Shown here one piece after another: positions 52,130 through 64,000 of a DNA stretch of 64,000 nt; position 1 is the stretch's first letter; each line of letters begins with the position of its first letter. The position numbers and the translations under genes were made by a program. The stretch lies in NCBI RefSeq assembly GCF_001194135.2, contig NC_068992.1, positions 14,583,503 to 14,647,502 of the forward strand. Direction: 5' to 3'. Under the pieces are notes generated by a model that was given only the letters and a program-made list of their open reading frames with translations, did not search any database and was not told the DNA's origin. Source of the stretch: Octopus bimaculoides. Lineage: Eukaryota.

Positions 52130-52590
52130 GTACTATCATTGAAGAAGGCGGTGAACTGGCAGAATCATTAGTATACTGGACGAAATGCATAGTGGTATTT
52201 CATCAGTCCTTGTGTTCTGAGTTCAAATTCTGCCGAGGCCGACTTTGTCTTTCATCCTTTTGGGGGGTTGATAAATTAAGTACCAGTTGATTATCATGGT
52301 TGATGTAGTCGACTTAACTCCTCTGCCAAATTTCAGGCCTTGTGCCTATAGTAGAAAGGATTATTAAGACGGTGAGCTGGCAGAGTCATTACTGTACTGG
52401 ACAAAATGCATAGCAATGCTTTACTCGTTCTTACGTTCTGAGTTCAACTTCTGCCAAGGTCGACTTTGCCTTTCATCTTTTCAGAGGTTGATAAATTAAG
52501 TACCAGTGAAACACTGGGGTTGATGTAATTGACTGGTCCCCTCCCCCAAAATTTCAGGCCTTGTGCCTCAATAGAAAGGATTACTATTAT
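52002..52590 (+). mobile_element. Three head-to-tail family F SINE copies
   Basis: A 3' fragment, (ATT)n, a full copy, att, and another full copy. Confidence 0.88.
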
Positions 52591-53264
52591 TATAATTTAC
52601 TACTCAGAGTTCTTGGTCTTACTTGCTCTGGTTGGTTTCACGAAAGTGGACAACAACCTGTTGTCAGAAGTCTCACAGGGTCTCTTTCTGCAAACTGTAG
52701 GCTTTGGTACTTGGATATTAACTTATCCAGGAAGACACTCAACACCCAAGTACCAATTTCAAGATCCTACCTGTCCTCAAATAGAGCAGATTTTTTGGGG
52801 TCAGCTTTGCCCTCATGTCAATTTATCCAACATATTTCTCAAACTTGATTGTTAGTGCTCTGAGTGCTCCTACAACTGTTTGAATAACAGTTACTCTTGG
52901 CTTGTACAGAGATATAATTAACTTAAGCCCTCACCAATTTTCTACCCTTCAACTCATCATCATCACCATCATCATCATTATCATCATGTGCTGTGTGGGA
53001 ACTGGCATGTTACAGAATGGATCCAGTGTTTCCCCCTCTGTATGTTCTAAAAAAAAAATAAGGTAAAAATGGTTGAGGTAGAATTTGCATTCCGACCTTG
53101 TAAAACCCTCACCAGCAACAACGACGACCCCCAAAATAGACCCATGGGTTGGAAGGTTGTTGCCTGAGTGGTGCAAAGGTGTCCCCTGTCAGGAGTAGCG
53201 AATCACCAATGAATAGTGGATGCAGTGATGCACTGTTACAGCCCATGCCCACCTACTATTGGTG

Positions 53265-53297
<33 letters not shown>

Positions 53298-53658
53298 TCA
53301 TCGTCACTCTAACCATTATCATTGTCATCATCACATCCACCACCACCATAATCATTGTCTTCATCGTCACGATCATCATTGCCGGCGTACACATCATCAT
53401 CATCATCACAGTCAAACATCAAATGAAAATGCCAGTTCTGTTTATCTACAAAATTATACTTAATTTATTTAACTTTTAAAGTATTTAGGCAGATCTATTA
53501 CATTCAGAGTTGTATGTATATGTGAATATATGTGTCTATATGTCTGTCTGTGTCTGTCTATGTATGACTGTATGTACATATATATGTATGTGTGTATGTA
53601 TGTATGTATGTATGTATGTAACTCAGTGATATTAAATTTATTTGTATGTGTGTTTAGG

Positions 53659-54090
53659 TAGTGGGTAGCGCTTTTCTTCACTACTTCAGCGAGTGACAAC
53701 CCTGCCTGACATGAGTCCCAGGCTCAGCTGGCTCCAGCTGACAGTGCTTGGCATAGGCCCCTATCCGGGGTTACGGAAAGGAGACAACCTTCAAAGAAAT
53801 CCTGAGTGGAGCCCCGTAGGCGGTTTAGTGTTCGACTCGACACTCTTCCGGCAGCTCCTGCAACCGAGCTGGTGCCAAACGTAATGCTCTGCACTCCTTT
53901 GAACTACGTCAGCAAGGTCGAGAGAGGAATCCTGATGATTGGGCTATCCAGGATTTTCTTACATCTAGCCCAGACCTGCTCAAAACTGGACAGGAAACTG
54001 GAGAGGACATGAAATGTAAAAACCAGACTGGATTAATTTATGCGCAACTCCATTGTCTCCCGAGACAATAGGATGTCAACAACAACAATG
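53659..54090 (+). mobile_element. GC-rich RTE-5'UTR-like segment ending in a stem-loop and (CAA)n tail (candidate non-autonomous RTE derivative)
   Basis: cggcagctcctgcaaccgagctggtgccaaacgtaatgctctgcactcctttg resembles RTE-clade 5' UTRs from memory. Hairpin ttgtctc-cc-gagacaa precedes caacaacaacaa. Confidence 0.5.
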
Positions 54091-54305
54091 TGTGTGTATA
54101 TGTGTGTATGTTTGTATATATATGTATGTATGTATGTATATATCTATCTATATATATGTATGTATGTTTTAATTGGTATGTAATGTTTATTTAATAGCTG
54201 TGTTTAATGGTTATATAGTGGCTGCTTTAATATCACACAAGAGTGTCTTTTCAGTTTCCCTCACTGACATTTTTACAGCTATCACCCTAAATTACCACGG
54301 AAACT

Positions 54306-54343
<38 letters not shown>

Positions 54344-54362
54344 GTTCATGTGTGGGAGGGAA

Positions 54363-54399
<37 letters not shown>

Positions 54400-56249
54400 T
54401 ATGTTCATAATATATGTTTGTATGTATTGCATTTTGTGTCTTTATCAGAGNNNNNNNNNNNNNNNNNNNNNNNNNNNNNNNNNNNNNNNNNNNNNNNNNN
54501 NNNNNNNNNNNNNNNNNNNNNNNNNNNNNNNNNNNNNNNNNNNNNNNNNNNNNNNNNNNNNNNNNNNNNNNNNNNNNNNNNNNNNNNNNNNNNNNNNNNN
54601 NNNNNNNNNNNNNNNNNNNNNNNNNNNNNNNNNNNNNNNNNNNNNNNNNNNNNNNNNNNNNNNNNNNNNNNNNNNNNNNNNNNNNNNNNNNNNNNNNNNN
54701 NNNNNNNNNNNNNNNNNNNNNNNNNNNNNNNNNNNNNNNNNNNNNNNNNNNNNNNNNNNNNNNNNNNNNNNNNNNNNNNNNNNNNNNNNNNNNNNNNNNN
54801 NNNNNNNNNNNNNNNNNNNNNNNNNNNNNNNNNNNNNNNNNNNNNNNNNNNNNNNNNNNNNNNNNNNNNNNNNNNNNNNNNNNNNNNNNNNNNNNNNNNN
54901 NNNNNNNNNNNNNNNNNNNNNNNNNNNNNNNNNNNNNNNNNNNNNNNNNNNNNNNNNNNNNNNNNNNNNNNNNNNNNNNNNNNNNNNNNNNNNNNNNNNN
55001 NNNNNNNNNNNNNNNNNNNNNNNNNNNNNNNNNNNNNNNNNNNNNNNNNNNNNNNNNNNNNNNNNNNNNNNNNNNNNNNNNNNNNNNNNNNNNNNNNNNN
55101 NNNNNNNNNNNNNNNNNNNNNNNNNNNNNNNNNNNNNNNNNNNNNNNNNNNNNNNNNNNNNNNNNNNNNNNNNNNNNNNNNNNNNNNNNNNNNNNNNNNN
55201 NNNNNNNNNNNNNNNNNNNNNNNNNNNNNNNNNNNNNNNNNNNNNNNNNNNNNNNNNNNNNNNNNNNNNNNNNNNNNNNNNNNNNNNNNNNNNNNNNNNN
55301 NNNNNNNNNNNNNNNNNNNNNNNNNNNNNNNNNNNNNNNNNNNNNNNNNNNNNNNNNNNNNNNNNNNNNNNNNNNNNNNNNNNNNNNNNNNNNNNNNNNN
55401 NNNNNNNNNNNNNNNNNNNNNNNNNNNNNNNNNNNNNNNNNNNNAATCTATGTTTCTGATTAACCAAGGAATGGAAAATCAAATTGAAGGCCGATTATTG
55501 TGGAGGACGTTGCACTTTAATGATCATAGAACATGTAAGTTTGCAAACGATGCAAAGTAGAGCTGCTGGGGTGTTCGGGGAGTAGATTACGGATAATGAC
55601 TACAAAATATAGTTGTTTCACATGAAAGCGAAATTTCTTGTCAGAAACAGTCACATAAATGGTGTAATGAAATTGAAGGAAGACATTGAAACTTTCCCTC
55701 AGCATATTTATTTTTTTCAACAGCAAAGGGAGCTATTTTTTCAGAGAGATAAGCCAACAAAAGCCCCTTTATTCTGTCTTCCCACATACCCTACGCATAA
55801 ACTAACAGCGAATGCTGCATAAAGTTAAATTGGTATGGAGCTTTCTGAAAGATACGTATAGCTTTCGCTAGTGGAAGCAAAACTCTTATTTAAAGGTTGA
55901 TTCTTTGGAACAAATCATATGTGATTGTTTCAAAATGGCTAGAACTTCAATGTTAAAACATATTTAAAACAATGGACAAGAGTCGAAATATCATAATGAA
56001 TGGGTAAATAAGCATCCTTAAAGTGAAACAACGCGTTGGTAGGTAAGCCAATGTATTAACAAATAGAAGAGAGGAAAGGGAACATCACCTTTCAAGTAAT
56101 TCAGAATAGGTAAAGGTAAGCTTGCCAAAGTTTAATGCTGTTTAAATATGGAGATTAAGATTGTTTGGTATTAGATATTCCTCATGTAGTGTTCCTAGTC
56201 AATTTAATCACTGTGGCAGGTGGACAATTGAAATAAATAGACAAAATGT

Positions 56250-56640
56250 AATCCTTTTATATCCCCTATTTTGATCTGATCATGCATTATCTTGTAGCTT
56301 TGAGATTTTGATTATGTCATAGTTTATTTTTAGAATGACATTGTAGGGTGGGTGTGTGAAGCTGGATCCAGCTGGTTTGAACGTTAAACAAATAGGATAT
56401 TTGGGCTTCATGTGGCTGGTTTACCCTTTGACATTCAGATAAATCCATGAAATACAATGCTTATTTATTCACCTTGTTTTAAGTTAATCCTGCATTATCT
56501 CATAGCCTCGAGATTTTGGTGATGTGATTTGTTTATTTTTAAAATGACATTGTGGGGTGTGCGTGAAAAGCCAGATCTGGCTGATATGAACATTAAACAC
56601 GTAGGATATTTGGGGCTGGTTCAAATACACAAGGGTCAAA
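56250..56640 (+). repeat. Two diverged ~180-bp copies of a MITE-like repeat (piggyBac-like ttaaccctt end)
   Basis: gagattttg...aatgacattgt.gggt...aggatatttggg occurs twice, with tttaccctttgacattcagat between them. Confidence 0.5.
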
Positions 56641-57029
56641 TTCAAGGATTGTATCAACTGACTGGTCTTCCCCACTGATATTACTGGTAATTATGTTATC
56701 AATCCTTGCAAGATTAAGTGAACAAAGAAATTTCTGAATACTGTTAGAAATAGCAGCCAAATTTTCCTTAAACTACACCTTATCATCTTAAAAAAAAAAG
56801 GACACATTGGACGGATAATATATAAAAAAAATTGGGTTAGTCACCAATCAATGAGCCCTGAGTTGGTTAGAACTGGATTTTACATGGTTATGGATTGTAG
56901 GATTCCATGAAGCTGTGATGAAATCGGTCCAGACATAACATTGTTAATTGCATACTTCCTGCCACCTCTAAAAATCTGTAGCCCTGTACTGAACATAGAA
57001 GTAATTAGTATTAATTAGTGTTGTTATAA

Positions 57030-57194
<165 letters not shown>

Positions 57195-57993
57195 AAACCA
57201 TTGGTTGTTATGTCTTCTGCCTGTGTTCTGGACTGGTTTATTGTTGTTGTTATTTAACCTCAAATTAATCCAGATCACACGAATTTATGATCAAAAGCAT
57301 TCCAACTATGACCATCCTGTCTTTTCATGTTTCTACAATGACATTATTTGATGTGCCTTCTTTATTTTTTATTTTTAAGATGATAGCGTTAAGGTTAGGG
57401 TTAGGTGTGATTTCTGGGTAGCAGACTGGAAGAGTCATTAGAGTGTAGGACAAAATTTCTTGTGAAGTCTGACCTGGCTCTCGTCACTTTGAGTTCAGAC
57501 TCCTCTGAGGTCAACATAGCCTTTTATCCTTTTGAAGCTTTTAGATAAAGTACCAGCTCGATGTTTGCACAATACACTCTTCCACCAGTTGCTGTACACT
57601 GGATTTTCTGCTAGGTCAAAGACGGGAGGGATGAAAGGCTGTCTGTGTTTGCTCATAATTACATAGGCACCTAAAACAATTATCAGAAATATGTTATGTA
57701 ATATCAACTCATACATGATTGTAGTTGACAGCTGCAGCTTTTAGGACATGAGCTGAGGGAGAGCAATATGGATACTATTCTTGTCATTCATGTGACCACT
57801 CAGAGGCTCTGTTATTGACTTGCTATGTTTCATTTCTTTGAGGTATCCAGTATCAGAATTGCTACATAAACATTTGATAATGTTATCTGATATTATCTTG
57901 AGGGAAGGGTTTAGATTTATTTCTAGTCTGCTTAATGCCAAGAAACTGCTGCTCTTCTCCGGCCCATTATAGTGACTTTAAAGTTAAACACAT

Positions 57994-58301
57994 GTGGAGG
58001 CGCAATGGCCCAGTGGTTAGGGCAGCGGACTCGCGGTCATAGGATCATGGTTTCGATTCCCAGACCGGGCGTTGTGAGTGTTTATTGAGCAAAAACACCT
58101 AAAGCTCCACAAGGCTCCGTCAAGGGATGGTGGCGAACCCTGCTGTACTCCTTCACCACAACTTTCTCTCACTCTTACTTCCTGTTTCTGTTGTGCCTGT
58201 AATTCAAAGGGTCAGCCTTGTCGCACTGTGTCACGCTGAATATCCCTGAGAACTACGTTAAGGGTACACGTGTCTGTGGAGTGCTCAGCCACTTGCACGT
58301 T
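57994..58301 (+). mobile_element. SINE, family A head + tail 1 (3' end in gap)
   Basis: Matches 1289-1597. Confidence 0.92.
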
Positions 58302-58984
58302 NNNNNNNNNNNNNNNNNNNNNNNNNNNNNNNNNNNNNNNNNNNNNNNNNNNNNNNNNNNNNNNNNNNNNNNNNNNNNNNNNNNNNNNNNNNNNNNNNNN
58401 NNNNNNNNNNNNNNNNNNNNNNNNNNNNNNNNNNNNNNNNNNNNNNNNNNNNNNNNNNNNNNNNNNNNNNNNNNNNNNNNNNNNNNNNNNNNNNNNNNNN
58501 NNNNNNNNNNNNNNNNNNNNNNNNNNNNNNNNNNNNNNNNNNNNNNNNNNNNNNNNNNNNNNNNNNNNNNNNNNNNNNNNNNNNNNNNNNNNNNNNNNNN
58601 NNNNNNNNNNNNNNNNNNNNNNNNNNNNNNNNNNNNNNNNNNNNNNNNNNNNNNNNNNNNNNNNNNNNNNNNNNNNNNNNNNNNNNNNNNNNNNNNNNNN
58701 NNNNNNNNNNNNNNNNNNNNNNNNNNNNNNNNNNNNNNNNNNNNNNNNNNNNNNNNNNNNNNNNNNNNNNNNNNNNNNNNNNNNNNNNNNNNNNNNNNNN
58801 NNNNNNNNNNNNNNNNNNNNNNNNNNNNNNNNNNNNNNNNNNNNNNNNNNNNNNNNNNNNNNNNNNNNNNNNNNNNNNNNNNNNNNNNNNNNNNNNNNNN
58901 NNNNNNNNNNNNNNNNNNNNNNNNNAAAAAAAAAAAAAAAAAAAAAAGAATTTCAGGTCTTGTGCCTATACTAGAAAAGGTTAT

Positions 58985-59340
58985 TATGGGCAGGAGAAAG
59001 GTGGTGAGGTGGCAGAATTGTGAGCACGCCGGGCAAAATGCTTAACAACTCCTTATTTGTCTTTATGTTTTGAGTTCAAATACTGCCGGAGTCGACTTTG
59101 CCTTTCATCTTTTCGGGGTTGATAGAATAAGTATCAGTTGAACACTGGGGTTGATGTAATCGACTTCACCCTGTCCCCTCAAATTTCTGGCCTTTTGCCA
59201 AAATCTGAAATCATTGTTATGGGCAGCAGAAAAGTGGTTAACTGGTAGCATCAATAACATCCCATACGAAATGCTTAGTGGCCTTCCATCTGTCTTTGTG
59301 TTCTGAGTTTAAATTTCACTGTAGTCAACTTTGCCTTTCA
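58985..59340 (+). mobile_element. Family F SINE copy plus a partial second copy
   Basis: gtggcagaattgtgagcacgccgggcaaaatgc...gagttcaaatactgccggagtcgactttgcctttcatc. Confidence 0.82.
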
Positions 59341-59701
59341 TCCAAATACATCCTTCTTTTTAAGATGAGGATGTGTGTGATTTCATGTATATTTAGCTGC
59401 TATTTCTAACAGTTTGAGTGACTGTACTGTTGTTTATTGTCATTGTTCTCCAGCTGGGAGGTCAGCAACAACAGGCAACAGGTCAGATATAATGTAGGAG
59501 TGGATCAACTTCCTCTGTTCCTCGAAAACAATTACATACAATACACGCGTGCACGTGCGCGCGCACACACACACACATACACATTCAGACGCATCTTGTC
59601 ATTCCAGCCACAGTGTAATATGTTGGCTCATTTTTAGCTAGTATCAGGCAAGTGTGTGTGTGTATTGGTTTGTGAATGGGTGTGTTGGTAGCAGTAAGTG
59701 C

Positions 59702-59761
<60 letters not shown>

Positions 59762-59789
59762 TGTCTTTCTGGCCTTGTTTTCATGGCTT

Positions 59790-60480
59790 TACATATATAT
59801 ATGTGTGTGTGTATGTTTGTGTGTCTGTGTTTGTCCTCACCCAACATCGCTTGATAACTGATGTTGGTGTGTTTATGACCCCCGTGACTTAGCGGTTCAG
59901 CAAAAGAGACCGATAGAATAAGTACTAGGCTTACAAAGAATAAGTCCTGNNNNNNNNNNNNNNNNNNNNNNNNNNNNNNNNNNNNNNNNNNNNNNNNNNN
60001 NNNNNNNNNNNNNNNNNNNNNNNNNNNNNNNNNNNNNNNNNNNNNNNNNNNNNNNNNNNNNNNNNNNNNNNNNNNNNNNNNNNNNNNNNNNNNNNNNNNN
60101 NNNNNNNNNNNNNNNNNNNNNNNNNNNNNNNNNNNNNNNNNNNNNNNNNNNNNNNNNNNNNNNNNNNNNNNNNNNNNNNNNNNNNNNNNNNNNNNNNNNN
60201 NNNNNNNNNNNNNNNNNNNNNNNNNNNNNNNNNNNNNNNNNNNNNNNNNNNNNNNNNNNNNNNNNNNNNNNNNNNNNNNNNNNNNNNNNNNNNNNNNNNN
60301 NNNNNNNNNNNNNNNNNNNNNNNNNNNNNNNNNNNNNNNNNNNNNNNNNNNNNNNNNNNNNNNNNNNNNNNNNNNNNNNNNNNNNNNNNNNNNNNNNNGG
60401 GGGGGGTCGATTTGCTCGACTGAAGGCAGTGCTCCAGCATGGCCACAGTCAAATGACTGGAACAAATAAAGGAATAAAAG
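59790..60480 (+). mobile_element. SINE family E tail split by an N-gap
   Basis: aataagtcctg [gap] ggggtcgatttgctcgac is contiguous in other copies. Confidence 0.85.
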
Positions 60481-60489
60481 AATAACATA

Positions 60490-61320
60490 TCATAATTACC
60501 TACACGTGTTTCCACTGCAGTGATTACTCACTGTTGTAAATGCAACTTTGCAATATTATCGGTTTCAGCATCATCAGGATCCATCCATTCGGTCGTCCTT
60601 GAAGTAGCCTGATTATAGTGAATGTTTGTTAGTGTTTTGTGGGAGGTAGGGATGTTGTTATTTATAGGTATATACTATTGACCTCAACTTCACTCCAGTC
60701 ACTGTCTGCAGTTAGGGTTTGGTCTTAGAATCGGTTAAGGTCAAGATTGTTGTTTTTATAAGTCTCTTTGGTTGTTTTAATGGTTCTGTGTGTTATTTTG
60801 GATTTCGATTGTACTACTTGTATTGAAAGTAGTAGTTCTTGTTTCTTTATATTCATCTTTCTGTTGAGCAGCTCATTATTTATGTAGGTTATTTGTTTTT
60901 TTATTAACGAGGTTATTAAATATTTTTATGTCTAAGTTATGTTGCTCTATTTGTTATACCAAGCCCAATTCTTACTGGGCTGTTGGCTATCTAGAATTAC
61001 CTTTATACCTCTTAAAGGTCAGGCCATGCTTGTGTAAACCTCTAAGGGCTTGTTCATGTTTTGTATAAATTAATGTCTGTTTTGATGTAAATATTTGATA
61101 AAACTTCTCTACACATAGATTGCATATGTTTCCCCCTGCTTGATAAGGCTTAGCAGTACTAATTAGTTCTCAATCAATAGAATAGCTATTGTTTTTGTTT
61201 CTCTAGTTGTTAGTCATGGAGTGACTAACAACTAAGTGTAGTCTCAGACATTAGATAATGATCGTTGTGGTTAGCCATAAACTGGAACTTAACTGAGAGC
61301 TAATACAGTATCCATCTGGA
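60490..61320 (-). mobile_element. Penelope-like element 3' part (GIY-YIG endonuclease C-terminus + 3' terminal region)
   Basis: Minus-strand translation ...SETTLS... YSID*ELISTAKPYQAGGNICNLCVEKFYQIF... fits the PLE W.IL..A.PY..G...CNLC..EK motif. A hammerhead lies about 400 nt downstream in the same sense. Confidence 0.85.
60498..60580 (-). ncRNA. Minimal Penelope-type hammerhead ribozyme motif
   Basis: AUC-CUGAUGA-UGCUG...[hairpin CAGUGA-GUAA-UCACUG]-CAGUG-GAAAC-ACGU-GUA^GGU, with palindromic stem III ACACGUGU. Confidence 0.8.
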
Positions 61321-61341
61321 TAATGTATCCTTCCAAGCTCA

Positions 61342-61380
<39 letters not shown>

Positions 61381-62149
61381 NNNNNNNNNNNNNNNNNNNN
61401 NNNNNNNNNNNNNNNNNNNNNNNNNNNNNNNNNNNNNNNNNNNNNNNNNNNNNNNNNNNNNNNNNNNNNNNNNNNNNNNNATATATATATATATATATAT
61501 ATATAGCGTATATATATATGTATATATATTTATATATGTGTGTATATGTTTATATATATATATGTATATACATATATGTATACACACACACATATATGCA
61601 TACATACATATATGTATGTATGTATGTGTATGTATATGAGAACTGTTTTGTTGTTAAACTGTGAAATGTCAGTGACATTTGATCACAAATCATTTGCTCT
61701 TAAGGTTGGTACATACTTTTGCACATTCCTAAACTATTCCTCATAAAAAATTTAATTCCGTTTTAAAATTTGAGAACCTGGAACTATTCTGTTGTCCACA
61801 ATAAGAATTTCATACACAGTCATGTGGTTTCAAATTCTTCAAATTTGAGGTTAGTGAATGGTTAGTCACATTGAATGTGGTACTCAACTAGTCCCTTATT
61901 TCAATCATCCTCACCTGCATTGCTAAAGGTAAATTTGACCTTTGCTGTATTTGAACTTTTGCAGGTTTTGTACTTTTGCATGGCTGCGTGATAAGAAGCT
62001 TGCTTCCTAACTAAAAAGTTCTAGGTTCAGTTCTACTGTGTGGCACCTTGGGTAGATGTCTTCTAGTATAGCCTCGAGCTGGCCAAAGCCTTGTGAGTGG
62101 ATTTGATAGATGGAAATTGCAAAAAGCCCACCGGTACGCAAAAGCACAA

Positions 62150-62368
62150 TAATAATCCTTTCTACTATGGGCACAAGGCCTGGATTTTGTGAGGAGGAGG
62201 ACAGTCAATCACATCTACCCCAGTATTCAACTGGTACTTAATTTATAAGCCTCAAAAGGATGAAAGACAAAGTCAACCTCAACGGAATTTGAACTCAGAA
62301 TGTAGTGGCAGACGAAATGCTGCCAAGTATTTCACCCAGCATGCTAACAATTCTGCCAGCTCGCTGCC

Positions 62369-62421
<53 letters not shown>

Positions 62422-62620
62422 CCTTTCTACTATAGGCACAAGGTTTGAAATTTTGGGTGGGGGGACCAGTTGATTACATCGACCCCAGTGTTTCACTGGT
62501 CCTTAATTTATTGACCCCAAAAGGATAGAAAGCGCAGCAGAATTTGAACTCAGAACATAGTGGCAGTTGAAATATTGCTAAGCATTTTGCCCAATGTGCT
62601 AACGATTCTGCCAGCTCGCC
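62150..62620 (-). mobile_element. Two family F SINE copies joined by (TAA)n
   Basis: Copies at 62155-62370 and 62410-62620, with a long (AAT)n at 62370-62420. Confidence 0.88.
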
Positions 62621-63120
62621 ACCATTGGAAAGGCAAATATAATAAAATTAATAGTGGTTTCAAACTTTGCCACAAGGGCAGCAATTTTGAGCGAAGGGGC
62701 CAGTCAAGTGCGTGTATCTATCAAAGTCCTCAATTATGGGTCACCTAGTAGAAGATGGTTTTGTAGAAGAGGGTTGGCCCTCTGGATGTGTGTTACTCAG
62801 GCTCAGCAGTGTGTGGAGATGCCCTGATACCATGTGAACTAGAACCTTTGTATAAGAATTAAACAGACTTTGACTTGGAAGAGCAGGAAACTACGAGAGT
62901 AAAATGTAAATTAACTGGTAGAAGACAACAGGAACCAAGAAAAGACATAAATTTTCAGACTTTAGCATTGACGTACATGATATGGCACTTGAAAAAAATA
63001 GATAGATAGATAGATAGATAGATAGAGAGCAAGAGAGAGAGAATAAAAGCACAGCTATTGTATCATGTTTATTTTTTCTGCTTTGTGTGTACAAGGTCTC
63101 TACTGCGATGTCATTGTAGT

Positions 63121-63166
<46 letters not shown>

Positions 63167-63602
63167 CATTCATTTCTTTAGCCATACTTTTCGCCATGCA
63201 AGCTTGCATTGGGAAGGATTTTACAGCAATGTTCTTCCTGTTGCCATCCCTTTCCTGTTATTTAAGTAGGGAATCTTAAAAATTCTGTTGGTGTTTGAAA
63301 GCACCGAGTGACCATTGGTGATATATCAACAGAAAATGTAAACATTGTATCACCGTTTTTTTGTTTTTTTTTGCTCAGATAGCGAGGAGCAGAGCCATCA
63401 CTTGCATCATGTGTGCACTCTCACACATGCACACACACACTCATGCACACATACATACACACATGCGCACACAGATGCACACATACAAGCATATACAAAC
63501 ACACACTTGAACACAAAAACACACAAACACAATTACATAAACATACACAAATACAGCACACAAACACACACTCACACACATAAACACAAACACAGAGCAA
63601 AG

Positions 63603-63830
63603 TGGAAGTGCATAACTTAGTGGCTAGGGTGGTTGCGCTCATAATCATATGATTGTGGTTTCAATTCCTGGAGATGGAGACATGTCCTTGAGCAAAACAC
63701 TTTATTTCATGTTGCCCCACTCCACTCAGCTGGCAAAAACGAGTCATCCTGTCTGTGAGTGTCCTGTCCATCAGGGGTGGGTGATATATATATGCCACAG
63801 ATTCTGGGAAACCAGTAATTTGAGCCTATG
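63603..63830 (+). mobile_element. SINE, family B head + tail 2 (diverged)
   Basis: ttagtggctagggtg...gtttcaattcctgg...ccttgagcaaaacactttatttcatgttgccccactccactcagctggc, then gtgtcctgtccatcaggggtgg. Confidence 0.75.
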
Positions 63831-64000
63831 ACTCAGGAATGACCTTTGACCTGTTTCTTTGTTTTTCCTTTTTTTGGCATATTGAAATAAAACATTCTTG
63901 ATAGTGTACATAATAGTTTATAGATAAATATGTGTGTGTGTGTGTGTGTATTCCTCTCCATTTTCGTATTGCTATATATATGTATATATATATATATATA

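Noticed and set aside
55480-55822. Possible Tc1-like transposase or host exon (…YFFQQ…)
   Set aside because: In-frame stops and no clear catalytic motif; I cannot assign it without a profile search.
57385-57405. TTAGGG telomere-like repeat
   Set aside because: Fewer than three units; expected by chance.

Overview
This is an AT-rich, repeat-saturated metazoan draft-assembly window with 11 N-gaps (about 5.2 kb). The SINE families and the extreme microsatellite density look like an octopus genome to me; that is recall and inference, not a database result. I found no host protein-coding exon that I can support, so the window is intronic or intergenic. Most long ORFs in the track are microsatellite or gap artefacts. 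The supportable coding sequence is all decayed transposon protein: a Ty3/Gypsy (Mag-like) LTR element (26.0-29.5 kb, minus), CR1-type, R4/Dong-type and RTE-type LINE fragments, a Penelope-like GIY-YIG C-terminus, a pogo/Tigger transposase and a Tc1/mariner transposase. There are also several MITEs and at least five tRNA-derived SINE families, whose heads and tails are combinatorially swapped. The most interesting signal is a set of six hammerhead-ribozyme-like motifs (CUGA[U/A]GA...GAAAC-short stem III-UH), five of them the Penelope minimal dimer type with self-complementary stem III. One lies downstream of the Penelope ORF remnant. Two sit in a 475-bp foldback, and one degenerate type I motif lies inside a 272-bp unit with perfect 21-bp inverted ends. 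All RNA folds were paired by eye and none was tested computationally. SINE family labels A-F are my own working names.
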